Below, piece after piece: positions 9,724-19,615 of a stretch of 64,000 nt of DNA (position 1 is the stretch's first letter; the number at the start of each line of letters is the position of its first letter). Below the pieces are notes generated by a model. It saw nothing but the letters and a program-made list of their open reading frames with translations, did not search any database and was not told where the DNA came from. A program made the position numbers and the translations under genes. Origin of the DNA: an uncultured Verrucomicrobiae bacterium. GTDB lineage: Bacteria; Verrucomicrobiota; Verrucomicrobiia; Limisphaerales; Palsa-1400. The stretch is from contig CAVXRD010000002.1 in the NCBI GenBank assembly GCA_963764165.1, positions 1,056,001 to 1,120,000 on the forward strand, in the 5' to 3' direction.

Positions 9724-10005
9724 ATGAGAAATGACACATATAATTTTGGCCGCGGCGCCGCGGTGGCGCTCAGGATTCTGCCTTGTTGCCTGGCCATATC
9801 GCTCATGGCGGGCTGCGCGCGGCATTACGACATCGTCATGACCGATGGCTCACGGGTCACCAACATCACCCATCCCGTTCCGGACAAACAGGCCGGCGTC
9901 GTCACCTACAAGGACGTGCGCGGCGATGAACATAAGAAGAACCTCGGCCGAGTGGTGGAAATCGTCCCGCACACAAAAAAGCCAAAGCCGCCCGGCTTGG
10001 ATTGA
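9724..10005 (+). CDS. YgdI/YgdR-family small lipoprotein
   Basis: Lipobox LMAGC, then YDIVMTDGSRV...YKDVRG...VVEIVP; SD-like GAGG upstream. Confidence 0.65.
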   Translation: MRNDTYNFGRGAAVALRILPCCLAISLMAGCARHYDIVMTDGSRVTNITHPVPDKQAGVVTYKDVRGDEHKKNLGRVVEIVPHTKKPKPPGLD

Positions 10006-10018
10006 TTTCTCCGTTCGC

Positions 10019-11308
10019 TCAAAGCGTCCATGGGCCGCGCATCGGCTGGTGGATGTAGGCGTTGGCCGCGTCATCGTCAATGAAGCGCTGGGTTTGGGGA
10101 TCGAAATGCAGCACGCGCCCTGTTTGCCAGGCGGTCTTGGCCAGATTGACCAGCGTGCAGGAGCGGTGGCCGTTCTTCTCGTTGAGCGCGAATTTTTTCC
10201 GAGTCTTCACCGCTTCGACAAAATCCGTCAATTGCGGCTCCGGATCCTTCAGGCTGCCGAGCTTGACGTCAAAATCAGGAATGTTCGATTCCAGGCTCTT
10301 GCCGATGTAACCCTTCGGGCCTTGGATGAAATAAGCGCTCTTGTCGCGGTCCTCTCCATCAATAATAATTTCACACCCATCCTTGTATTTGAGCCGGATG
10401 CGGCGGAACGTGCTGACGGCGTCCAAATCCTGTTTCGGCGCTTCGGCCTCGACCTCAATCGGGCTTTCCCCGTCTTTGTCAAGAATATATTGAACGGGGT
10501 CGAGGTAATGCTGGCCCATGTCGCCGAGGCCGCCGCCGTCGTAATCCCAATAGCCGCGGAATGTCTGATGAACCCGGTGCGGGTGGTAGAATTTGTGCGG
10601 CGCCGGGCCGAGCCACATTTCGTAATCGAGATTCGGCGGAACTGGCTGCGGCGTCAGGTCTGTCCGGCCAACCCAATTAAACTTCCAATTGAATCCGGTT
10701 GAGGCATTCAACGTCACTTTCAAAGGCCAGCCCAGCATTCCATTCATCACCGCCTTTTTGATCGGCTTCACCCGCGCCCCGACACCGTAGAAATTGTCCT
10801 GAAAGCGGAACCATGTGTTAAGCCTGAAAATGCGGTTATATTTCTCGATGGCGGCGACGACTGCTTCGCCTTCGCCAATGGTGCGGCTCATCGGCTTCTC
10901 GCACCAGATATCCTTGCCCGCCTTGGCCGCCGCGATCGAGATGAGCGCGTGCCAATGCGGCGGCGTGGGAATGTGGACAATGTCGATGTCCTTTCGCTCG
11001 AGCACTTCGCGGAAATCGCGGTAGCCCTTTATGTCATTGTTGTTCGCCTTGTGCGCCGCGGCGAGAGCCTGGTCGAGGTGAAGCTGGTCCACATCGCAAA
11101 CCGCGAGAAGTTTGCAACTCGTATTCAGGTCAGTGACATGTCCCATCCCCATGCCGCCGGTGCCGATAACCGCGCGGGTGAGCGTTTCGCTCGGCGGCGT
11201 CACGCCCGGGCCGCCGAGGACATGCCGCGGCAAAATTGTGAGGGTGGCCCAGCCAACGAAGGACGTTTTAATGAAATCGCGCCTGGTGAATCGGTGCCGT
11301 TTATTCAT
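10019..11308 (-). CDS. Tat-exported Gfo/Idh/MocA family oxidoreductase
   Basis: Twin-arginine motif TRRDFIK; IGTGGMG, TPPHWH, WCEKP, GLGDMGQHYLD. Confidence 0.9.
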   Translation of the reverse strand: MNKRHRFTRRDFIKTSFVGWATLTILPRHVLGGPGVTPPSETLTRAVIGTGGMGMGHVTDLNTSCKLLAVCDVDQLHLDQALAAAHKANNNDIKGYRDFREVLERKDIDIVHIPTPPHWHALISIAAAKAGKDIWCEKPMSRTIGEGEAVVAAIEKYNRIFRLNTWFRFQDNFYGVGARVKPIKKAVMNGMLGWPLKVTLNASTGFNWKFNWVGRTDLTPQPVPPNLDYEMWLGPAPHKFYHPHRVHQTFRGYWDYDGGGLGDMGQHYLDPVQYILDKDGESPIEVEAEAPKQDLDAVSTFRRIRLKYKDGCEIIIDGEDRDKSAYFIQGPKGYIGKSLESNIPDFDVKLGSLKDPEPQLTDFVEAVKTRKKFALNEKNGHRSCTLVNLAKTAWQTGRVLHFDPQTQRFIDDDAANAYIHQPMRGPWTL

Positions 11309-11602
11309 CGCGTGCAAACTCCTGATGTGTGCAAAAACAACATTGTCTTCTGAATGCAGCCGGATTCTGCCATCGCTATCTCGATAACGCCAGCCCATTG
11401 CGCAATCCTCTTTGATTTTACTTGACTAGGCCTTGATTTTCGCCCGAAATCGCCACCAATTGGGGCCGGTGGGTGGAGATCGATGGCGGCGCGAGAGATG
11501 GCCGCAAATCATTCCGCCGTCGAAGCTATTAAGATAATCCAATTCGCCTTGCGTTCTTAAGCGCGATATTTCGCATTGAAGGGTGAATAATTGGATTTGC
11601 CT

Positions 11603-14371
11603 ATGTCTCAGCCATTGGAACGTGAAATCGAAATCTTCAACGCCGCCCGCGGATTGCCGCCTGGACGGCGCGCGGCGTATCTGGATGCGGCCTGCGGTGG
11701 CGATGCGGACTTGCGCCAGGGGATTGAAGGACTGTTGCAAGCCATTGAAGCAGACAACTCTTTCCTCGAAGGTTCCGCGAAAACCGTTCCCGGGCCTACT
11801 GGAACTGTCCGCGTGAAACCGGTTGAGGAGAAACACGGGGATTACGTTGGAAGGTACAAAATCCTCCAGCAAATCGGCGAGGGCGGTTGCGGCGTCGTTT
11901 ACATGGCCGAGCAGGAAGATCCCGTGCGGCGCCGCGTTGCGCTGAAGGTCATCAAGCTGGGAATGGACACCAAGGAAGTCATCGCCCGCTTCGCGGCGGA
12001 ACGCCAGGCGCTGGCCTTGATGGACCATCCCAACATCGCGAAGGTTCTGGATGCGGGAGCGACGGCAACCGGCCGCCCCTATTTTGTCATGGAACTGGTG
12101 CGCGGCGTCAAAATCACCGATTACTGCGACCAGAACAACCTGTCAGCCCATGAACGGCTTGATCTCTTCATCCAAGTATGCCACGCCATTCAACACGCGC
12201 ACCAGAAAGGCATCATTCATCGGGACATCAAGCCATCCAACATTCTGGTCACCATGAACGACGGCGTGCCGCTGCCCAAGGTGATTGATTTTGGAATTGC
12301 CAAGGCCACGCACGGGAAATTGACGGATCAAACATTTTTCACCGCCTTCGAGCAATTCATGGGCACGCCGGCTTACATGAGCCCGGAGCAGGCGGAGATG
12401 AGCGCCCTGGATATTGACACGCGCAGCGATATCTACAGCCTCGGTGTTCTGCTTTACGAATTGCTGACAGGCAAGACGCCGTTTGACGCCAGCGCGCTGC
12501 TGCAAAAAGGCCTGGATGAAATCCGGCGCACGATTCGCGAGCAGGAGCCGGCGCGGCCTTCCACCTGTTTGAGCACGATGCTTGGCGCGGACCTGACGGC
12601 CATCGCCAAACAACGGAAGACCGAACCACCCGGTCTGCTTCACCTGGTGCGCGGCGACTTGGACTGGATCGTGATGAAAGCGCTTGAGAAAGATCGAACA
12701 CGCCGTTACGAAACAGCCAACGGCTTGGCGGCGGACATCAAGCGCCATCTCAACAACGAACCTGTGACAGCCTGCCCGCCAAGCAGAATCTATCGGTTTC
12801 AAAAAATGGCGCGCCGCAACAAACTGGCCGTTGGCGCGGCCGCCGCCGTGGCAATGTCACTGCTTTTGGGTTTGGGGATTTCCTCGGTCATGTTCATCCG
12901 CGAAAAAGAAGCCCGCGCCAAAGTGGCTGACATGTTTATCCGGGAGCGAGAGGCCCATCAACAGGCCGAAGAGGCGAGATTGAAGGCGCAATCAGAAGCC
13001 GTCCACGCGCAACTCTCGTCCGAGGAGGCGAAGGCGGCGGAACTCAAAGCGCAGTTGGCGCTGAAAGCGGCCCAAGCCAGCGAAGCACAGGCTCAGACAG
13101 AAACCGTCCGGGCATCAAATTCGCTGGCTGAGGCAAAGGCAGCGGGACTCCAGGCAGAAGCAGCGCTCAAAGCCGCGCAAGCCAGCGAGCAGAGGGCAAA
13201 GGCATCGGAAGCTCGTGAGGCCCTCCTCTTTCAGGAGGCAAGAGCACAGTCCATTTCCGTTTGCCGCCTCTTGCTTCAGGAGGTTCGTGATGCGCTCCCC
13301 GACAAATGGGCGGCAATGCTCCGCACCAATCGGGTCACCCTGGAAAATACGGACGAGCCGTTTATCAGGCCCATTGTATCCACGGGCGGCGGGGAAACAG
13401 TGGATGGGATTTCCATCTCCGCCGGCTTTATTTACTTTCTGAATCAATTGTCCCACGCCAAGGCGATCGACAAGATCGAGCCAGGCTTCCTGGACCAATA
13501 CGTGGAGAGCTGGAGCCGCGCCGCCATTCTGGATCCCGCAGCGCCATTGCCTCCCATAACGGAGGAACGATTCTGGACGACCGATGTGCTTGAAGGCCAG
13601 CTAGCTTATTTCAACCAAATGATGGGGGCGATGATTGCCATCAACATGTCTCATCTTTACCTGGGACATTATGCCAAATATGCCACCTCGCTGACAGGCG
13701 CCGACGGAAAGTTTTTGCCGATAAATGATTTTCTAACCCCCACGGAATGGAACGTCTCAATCAAGGTCGGCACCTTGAGCAGCCTCAATCTTGCCCTGGA
13801 CTCCGACGGACTGCGCACGATAATTTATGCCCTGGACAAAATGCACCCGCGCCCGGCATGGGCGGACTATATCTCTCCGCCGAATACAGACCTCAAAAAG
13901 CTGAACGAGACCTTGGCGATGCTGGAAGACGAATTCTTCTACGGAGGCAAGCGGAAAGAAGCCGCGGGCAAGGAGGCTAAATTGCCAAAAAATTTAATCG
14001 AGGAAGCAGCGTGGACGCCCGGACTGGCCACCGTGCGCACCATCAAGGGAACAGTCGAGCGTTTAGCTGGCGCCCACTGGGAAAGCGTGACAAACAACGC
14101 AAAGCTTGAACAAGGCACCCAGATCAGAACTGGTTCCGATTCTGAGTCCTTCCTCAGCGTCAACGGGCTTAGCTCGGCCCTTCGAATCTGTCCGGACACG
14201 GTTCTTACCCTGCAAACAATGGCGCGGGCCGATGCAAAAATGAAAGATTTCAAAACGGTCCTCGTGCTTGAAAGCGGCACCATTCTGGGCGAAGTCAAGA
14301 GGCTTTCGCCCGATTTCGAAGTACGAGATTCGGACACCTCGCGGTGTGGCTGGCATTCGCGGCGGCGGTGA
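11603..14371 (+). CDS. Transmembrane Ser/Thr protein kinase with coiled coil, degenerate zincin-like domain and C-terminal FecR-like domain (frameshifted; restored ORF would end at 14513)
   Basis: Hanks motifs IGEGGCGVV, VALK, HRDIKPSN, DFGIAK, GTPAYMSPE, SDIYSLG. TM helix near 12820-12895. FecR-like IRTGSDS...LESGTILGEVK. Confidence 0.9.
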   Translation: MSQPLEREIEIFNAARGLPPGRRAAYLDAACGGDADLRQGIEGLLQAIEADNSFLEGSAKTVPGPTGTVRVKPVEEKHGDYVGRYKILQQIGEGGCGVVYMAEQEDPVRRRVALKVIKLGMDTKEVIARFAAERQALALMDHPNIAKVLDAGATATGRPYFVMELVRGVKITDYCDQNNLSAHERLDLFIQVCHAIQHAHQKGIIHRDIKPSNILVTMNDGVPLPKVIDFGIAKATHGKLTDQTFFTAFEQFMGTPAYMSPEQAEMSALDIDTRSDIYSLGVLLYELLTGKTPFDASALLQKGLDEIRRTIREQEPARPSTCLSTMLGADLTAIAKQRKTEPPGLLHLVRGDLDWIVMKALEKDRTRRYETANGLAADIKRHLNNEPVTACPPSRIYRFQKMARRNKLAVGAAAAVAMSLLLGLGISSVMFIREKEARAKVADMFIREREAHQQAEEARLKAQSEAVHAQLSSEEAKAAELKAQLALKAAQASEAQAQTETVRASNSLAEAKAAGLQAEAALKAAQASEQRAKASEAREALLFQEARAQSISVCRLLLQEVRDALPDKWAAMLRTNRVTLENTDEPFIRPIVSTGGGETVDGISISAGFIYFLNQLSHAKAIDKIEPGFLDQYVESWSRAAILDPAAPLPPITEERFWTTDVLEGQLAYFNQMMGAMIAINMSHLYLGHYAKYATSLTGADGKFLPINDFLTPTEWNVSIKVGTLSSLNLALDSDGLRTIIYALDKMHPRPAWADYISPPNTDLKKLNETLAMLEDEFFYGGKRKEAAGKEAKLPKNLIEEAAWTPGLATVRTIKGTVERLAGAHWESVTNNAKLEQGTQIRTGSDSESFLSVNGLSSALRICPDTVLTLQTMARADAKMKDFKTVLVLESGTILGEVKRLSPDFEVRDSDTSRCGWHSRRR

Positions 14372-14513
14372 TTTCAGGATGAACGTCGTTCCCGGGCCGA
14401 ACGGAGCCTCTATAACAATGGATGCCATAACGGGAGACATCGAAGCCACCGCGATTGTTGACGGCAAAGAGGTGAAACGCATTCTTTCGGAAGGCGAAAC
14501 CTGGACGCCATGA
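14314..14513 (+). pseudogene. Out-of-frame C-terminal part of the kinase FecR-like domain
   Basis: Removing one T from TTT at 14314-14316 gives LSPDSKYEIRTPRGVAGIRG...LSEGETWTP*. Confidence 0.75.
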
Positions 14514-14588
14514 AGCCCAATGCTTCCATCCATCGCCGGGGAGGCCCGGTTTTCTTGCGCCCCCCGAACCGGGGCAATTATATTCCAG

Positions 14589-15149
14589 ATGAGCGCCGTG
14601 ACCCTTATTCTTGACTCCCTGCGGCCCGATGACCCAGCAGCCGCCGACAAATTGCTGCCGCTGGTCTACGCCGAGCTGCGCAAATTGGCCGCCGCGAAAA
14701 TGGCACGGGAAACGCCGAACCAAACCTTGCAGCCCACCGCGCTGGTGCATGAAGCCTGGCTGCGCCTGGTCGGCAACGATAATCCGCACTATGCCAATCG
14801 GGCCCATTTTTTCTCCGCCGCCGCCGAGGCGATGCGGCGCATTCTTATTGACAATGCGCGCCGCAAAAAAGCCGCGCGCCACGGCGGCAACCAACAGCGC
14901 CACGATATCGCGGACTTCCCGGAAGTGACCGCTCCATGCGGCAACGACGAACTCCTCGCCTTGAACGAAGCTCTCGACAAGCTCGCCGCCCTTCACGCTC
15001 TTCAGGCCGACGTGGTCAAACTGCGCTATTTTGTGGGCATGACCAACGCTGAAGCCGCCCAGGCCCTGAATCTCTCGGAGCGCACTGTCAATAATTACTG
15101 GAACCACGCCCGCGCCTGGCTGGCCCGGGAAGTTCGGGCCAAACCGTAA
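14589..15149 (+). CDS. ECF sigma factor of the STK-associated Planctomycetes/Verrucomicrobia type (TIGR02999-like)
   Basis: Motifs LLPLVYAELRKLA, TLQPTALVHEAWLRL, AAEAMRRILID, LRYFVGM, SERTV..W..ARAWL. Confidence 0.9.
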   Translation: MSAVTLILDSLRPDDPAAADKLLPLVYAELRKLAAAKMARETPNQTLQPTALVHEAWLRLVGNDNPHYANRAHFFSAAAEAMRRILIDNARRKKAARHGGNQQRHDIADFPEVTAPCGNDELLALNEALDKLAALHALQADVVKLRYFVGMTNAEAAQALNLSERTVNNYWNHARAWLAREVRAKP

Positions 15150-15263
15150 ATTGAATCACAGCCTATAAATCCCCGTGAGCAGCGGGGAATATCGCGGGCC
15201 TTTCCGATTTGACCCTGCCGGATGTTGCCCCCATCATGTTGGCTGGGCGGAGGCCCATATTAT

Positions 15264-16487
15264 ATGAACCTGGATGACTTTTATTCGAAACTTACCATCA
15301 AGACCAAAGGCAAGCTCGCTCTCCTCGTGTTGGATGGCTTGGGCGACATCGCAACGAAGGAACAAGGATTTCTGACCCCCTTGGAAGCCGCCAACACTCC
15401 CAATCTCGATGCCCTGGCCAGAATCGGCGCGCAGGGGCGCATGATCCCTGTCGCTCCCGGCGTGACGCCCGGCAGCGGCCCCGGGCACCTCGGCCTTTTC
15501 GGCTACGATCCCCTCGAATTTCAAGTCGGACGAGGCGTCATTGAAGCGCTCGGGCTAGGGGTGGATTTGCAGGCGGGCGATGTGGCCGCGCGAGCCAATT
15601 TTTGCACGATGGACGCCAAGGGCATTGTCACTGACCGCCGCGCCGGACGCATTGCCACCGAAGTGACCGAGGAACTCTGCGCGTTGCTTTCCAAAAAAGT
15701 GAAAAAGCTGGGAGACGCCGAAGTCATCATCAAGCCCGGCAAAGGCCATCGTTTCGTGGTGATTTTCCGCGGCAAAGGATTGGAAGGCCCGCTGAGCGAC
15801 GCCGATCCGAATCGCGAAGGCCTCCCGATTCCGACCGTGCATCCAACGGACGCAAATTCCGAGAAACAAAAGAAAGCGGCGAAGTTGGTGGCGGATTTCT
15901 ACAAGCAAGCGCTTCCCGTGATCGCTGGCAAGAAACCCGCCAACGGATTCCTCATGCGCGGCATCGCCCATCAACCCGCAATTCCCACGATGGAGGAACG
16001 CTACCGGTTGCGTGCCGCCTGCCTCGCGGTTTACCCGATGTACAAGGGCCTAGCCCAATTAGTTGGCATGAAAAAAATCGAAGGCCCACAGACGATCTCC
16101 GAGCAGTTCAAGCGCTACGCCGCCGAGTTCGACAACTACGATTACTTTTTCATCCACTTCAAATACACCGACATGTACGGCGAAGACGGCAATTTCGAGG
16201 CGAAGAAAAAAGCCATCGAAGAATTCGACGCCGCACTGCCCATCTTCCTTGAAAAGAAGCCCGACGTCATCGCCATCACCGGCGACCATTCCACGCCGTG
16301 TGCGGTAAAGGGCCATTCGTGGCACCCGCAGCCGGTGCTGTTGGTATCGGAATTGAGCGGCTGGGACAAATTGGAACGCTTCACCGAAACCGGCGCGAAT
16401 ATCGGATCGCTGGGCGTATTCGAATCCAAATTCCTGATCCGCCTCATGCAGGCCAACGCCGGAATGTTTGACAAATTTGGGGCGTAA
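15264..16487 (+). CDS. apgM: 2,3-bisphosphoglycerate-independent phosphoglycerate mutase (ApgM/archaeal type)
   Basis: Motifs LDGLGD, TPLEAANTPNLD, PGSGPGHL, GRGVIEALG, DRRAGRI, TGDHSTP, HSWHP. Confidence 0.9.
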   Translation: MNLDDFYSKLTIKTKGKLALLVLDGLGDIATKEQGFLTPLEAANTPNLDALARIGAQGRMIPVAPGVTPGSGPGHLGLFGYDPLEFQVGRGVIEALGLGVDLQAGDVAARANFCTMDAKGIVTDRRAGRIATEVTEELCALLSKKVKKLGDAEVIIKPGKGHRFVVIFRGKGLEGPLSDADPNREGLPIPTVHPTDANSEKQKKAAKLVADFYKQALPVIAGKKPANGFLMRGIAHQPAIPTMEERYRLRAACLAVYPMYKGLAQLVGMKKIEGPQTISEQFKRYAAEFDNYDYFFIHFKYTDMYGEDGNFEAKKKAIEEFDAALPIFLEKKPDVIAITGDHSTPCAVKGHSWHPQPVLLVSELSGWDKLERFTETGANIGSLGVFESKFLIRLMQANAGMFDKFGA

Positions 16488-16545
16488 TTCCCTTCCCGGC
16501 TGGGCGAACTATAGAAGCTGACGCATGCACGTCGGCCCCGCCTGG

Positions 16546-16875
16546 TCAGGTTTTCAATTCAAGCATGTAGGCCAAGGCGAGTCTGACTTGCGCCAGAATA
16601 TCCGGATGGAATTCTCCGGCTCGCCGATCAAGGCGGAAATGTTCCACGGCCACGATTCCCTGAACATTGGCGACCCCGCGATCATTCCCCGGAAGGAATT
16701 TCACTTTGGGCAACGGAACTTCGTAATGGCCGCCTTTGATTTGCGTCGTCAAAGGCACACAGACACACAGGGCGCGCACGGCATCGTCGTCTTGCCGCGA
16801 TACGGCCAAAAGCGGACGAACCTTGCCCTTCAAGCCCAGATCAACCCAAAAGACCTCACCAGGTTTTGGATTCAT
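16546..16875 (-). CDS. mazF: PemK/MazF family endoribonuclease toxin
   Basis: Motifs PGEVFWVDL, KVRPLLAVS, VPLTTQ, ANVQGI. Confidence 0.85.
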   Translation of the reverse strand: MNPKPGEVFWVDLGLKGKVRPLLAVSRQDDDAVRALCVCVPLTTQIKGGHYEVPLPKVKFLPGNDRGVANVQGIVAVEHFRLDRRAGEFHPDILAQVRLALAYMLELKT

Positions 16876-17092
16876 CGTAGAAACTTTCCAGCGATTCGGC
16901 CCGCTGTTCCCACGGAGAACTGGAATCTTCGTACTGTTCCAGCGCCAGACGGACAGGAACCCGGCCCGTGCGGGCGATCTCCGCCAGAAAGATTCTGAAT
17001 ACCTCCCCCGTGTCCGTGCCCAAGCGTTGCGTCACGGAATTCACCTTTTGCAGCAAGGGCTTTTCAACCCGGCAACGAAATAGCACAGTCAT
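16856..17092 (-). CDS. RelB/DinJ-like ribbon-helix-helix antitoxin
   Basis: FRCRVEKPLLQKVNSV...LGTDTGEVFRIFLAEIARTGRVP; acidic C-tail; overlaps the toxin start by 20 nt. Confidence 0.7.
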   Translation of the reverse strand: MTVLFRCRVEKPLLQKVNSVTQRLGTDTGEVFRIFLAEIARTGRVPVRLALEQYEDSSSPWEQRAESLESFYDESKTW

Positions 17093-17151
17093 GCGCTCAA
17101 TTGTAGCTCATCCGTGCGCTCGGTCAAGTTTCACAAAAAGGGAAGCCTTAT

Positions 17152-18117
17152 TCAATCCAACCCGGCTGCCAATCGTGCTCGCGCCAGGACTTTTCTGGCC
17201 AGCGCTCGCGCTTTTTCCGCGCTTTCGGCGAGGATGGATTCGACGTGATTCGGATTGGCCGCGAGTTCGGCGCGGCGGGCGCGGGCGGTGGCGAAGTAAT
17301 TCCAATAGTGCTCGAATAGGGATTTCTTCAAATCACCGTAGCCTAATCCGCCGGCTCGCAGACGATCCTCGATGCTCTTGGCTTCTTCTGTCGGGGCGAG
17401 GAGTTTGAGCAATTGGACGGCGATGTTTTTGTCCGCGTCGGGTTTTGGCTCCTGCGGGGTGCGGCTGTCCATGACGAGACCCATGATTTTTTTGCGGAGC
17501 GGTTTCTCCTCGCCGAAAATTTCGATGGTGTTGCCATAGCTCTTGCTCATTTTCTGTCCGTCGGTGCCCGGCACGAGAGCCGTTTCGTCTCGGATGCGCG
17601 GTTCCGGAATGATAAACGTCTGACCGTAAGTCTCGTTGAACTTGATGGCCATGTCGCGCGTCACTTCGACGTGCTGTTTCTGGTCGCGGCCGACGGGGAC
17701 GATATTCGAGTCATATATAAGAATATCCGCCGCCATCAAAACAGGATAAGCAAAGATGCCGTGATTGGCGGGAATGCCGCGCGCCACCTTGTCCTTGTAA
17801 CTGGTGCAGCGCTCCAATAATCCCATCGGCGTAAGCGTCGTCAGCATCCACGCCAATTCGGTCACTTCCGGGACGTCGGATTGGCGGAAGAGCAGGGCTC
17901 TTTTCGGATCGAGGCCGCAGGCGAGAAAATCGAGCGCGACATCCCATGAAAACTGGCGGCGCTTGACTGGATCGGTCAGCGACGTCATCGAATGATAATT
18001 GGCAATGAAGTAGAGCGCCTCGCCTTGCTCCTGCAATTCGATGGCGGGCTTCATCATGCCGAAATAATTCCCCAGGTGCAGCGCGCCAGAGGGTTGGATG
18101 CCGGATAAAATGCGCAT
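17152..18117 (-). CDS. trpS: Tryptophan--tRNA ligase
   Basis: Motifs SGIQPSG.LHLGNY, YPVLMAADIL, VPVGRDQKQH, KMSKS. Confidence 0.97.
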   Translation of the reverse strand: MRILSGIQPSGALHLGNYFGMMKPAIELQEQGEALYFIANYHSMTSLTDPVKRRQFSWDVALDFLACGLDPKRALLFRQSDVPEVTELAWMLTTLTPMGLLERCTSYKDKVARGIPANHGIFAYPVLMAADILIYDSNIVPVGRDQKQHVEVTRDMAIKFNETYGQTFIIPEPRIRDETALVPGTDGQKMSKSYGNTIEIFGEEKPLRKKIMGLVMDSRTPQEPKPDADKNIAVQLLKLLAPTEEAKSIEDRLRAGGLGYGDLKKSLFEHYWNYFATARARRAELAANPNHVESILAESAEKARALARKVLARARLAAGLD

Positions 18118-18224
18118 GTGGCGAAATTAAACGAAGTTGCCGCCTTCGGCGCAAGCCAGAGCATATAAAAATTCCGCGCTTAATAGCGGTGGCCGGCGAT
18201 TTGGCGACGAAGCGGAAACCGCGG

Positions 18225-19559
18225 CTAGAACGCCGCAGAATGACGCGCTTCGCGGCTTGCTCTCCCGGTCTTGGCTGCGCGTGACGCAATTAAGTTGGAG
18301 ACGGGCGTGCATGCTTCAGGCGCCACCGTAAAGAAGAAAGTGGCCCCAGCCTGCGGCGCCGATTCCGCCCAGATACGCCCCCCATGCTTCTGTATGATGC
18401 GGTGCGACGTCGTCAGCCCGATGCCGGTGCCCTCGAAATCGCGGGCATTATGAAGGCGCTGAAATGCGGTGAAAAGCTTGTCCTTGTACTGCATGTCGAA
18501 CCCAACGCCGTTGTCTTTGATTGAATAGGCCGTGCATCCCGTTTCGGCCGGCGTGACAGCCGAAATGGCGATCACAGAGCAATTGCGTTTCCGGCTGTAT
18601 TTAAGAGCGTTTCCGAGCAAATTAATGAGAACCTGGCGGAGGAGGACGGGATCCGCCTGGCACGAAGGAAGTTTGCCAATCGTGACCTCCATGGGCCGGT
18701 CGCCGAGTTCCAGTTTCATTTGCGCAAGCACCTCGCGCCACATTTGCCCGATATCCACGAGTTGAAGCGTCAGCGGCGTTTTGCCCAGGCGGGAGAATTC
18801 CAGCAGCGCGTCGATGAGGCGCCCCATTTTTCTGACTTCATCGACTATCTTGCTAAGGGAATCGCGGCCCTCCTGCGGCAATTGCGGGCCGTGGACATCG
18901 ATCATCTGCTGGGAAAATCCGAGGACCGCGCGCAAGGGCGCCTTCAAATCATGTGAAATGGAAAATTCGAAAGCCTGAAGTTCCTGATTCGCATCCATTA
19001 ATTCCCGTGTTCGCTGCTCCACCCGGCACTCCAAGTCAGCCGCATGCTCTTGGACCTGGGCATACAAGAGCGCCATCTCCTTCTGGCTGGCGGCCCGCCG
19101 GGCTTCTGTCATGTCGGTCACCACCATGCCAATAGTTGCGTGCGCAGAATCGCTCTTCGCCAGCGAGCGAATGGAGAGCTGCGCCGGAATTTGCGAGCCG
19201 TCGGAAGCCATCAAAAACGCCTGGCATTTGGAGCCGGACTTGCCAGCTTCCGTGAGGATTGGATGGAGGGTTGACCGCTCTTCGGCGGCGAGAAAACGCC
19301 CAAACGAACTTCCAATCACTTTCTCCAGCGGGCATTTGACCATTCGGGCGAAACACTGATTGGCGTAGAGAATCGTTTCATCCGCCGTCAGCGTGAGCGC
19401 CCCTTCGTTCATGGATTCGATCAACACGCGGTAGGCATGCTCGCTGCCTTCCAGTGTGAACACATGGGTGCCGTGATCGCCCGCCACCACCATCGTATCC
19501 ACTTCGCCCGTGCGGATGGCGTGGAGGGTTTCCTCGGCTTCGGCCAGGCGCAGGTTCAC
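18225..19559 (-). CDS. PAS-domain sensor histidine kinase of the kai operon (true start may be CTG 19619)
   Basis: Kai-HK-type N-terminus LAEAEETLHAIRTGEVD; PAS domain; H-box SHDLKAP; NLLGNALKY, DNGVGF, GTGIGL. Confidence 0.9.
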   Translation of the reverse strand: MNLRLAEAEETLHAIRTGEVDTMVVAGDHGTHVFTLEGSEHAYRVLIESMNEGALTLTADETILYANQCFARMVKCPLEKVIGSSFGRFLAAEERSTLHPILTEAGKSGSKCQAFLMASDGSQIPAQLSIRSLAKSDSAHATIGMVVTDMTEARRAASQKEMALLYAQVQEHAADLECRVEQRTRELMDANQELQAFEFSISHDLKAPLRAVLGFSQQMIDVHGPQLPQEGRDSLSKIVDEVRKMGRLIDALLEFSRLGKTPLTLQLVDIGQMWREVLAQMKLELGDRPMEVTIGKLPSCQADPVLLRQVLINLLGNALKYSRKRNCSVIAISAVTPAETGCTAYSIKDNGVGFDMQYKDKLFTAFQRLHNARDFEGTGIGLTTSHRIIQKHGGRIWAESAPQAGATFFFTVAPEACTPVSNLIASRAAKTGRASREARHSAAF

Positions 19560-19615
19560 CTCAGCCAGCTTTAGGGCCGGCAGTTGACGCGATGATGTCT
19601 TGGGCTTGGCCGCTT

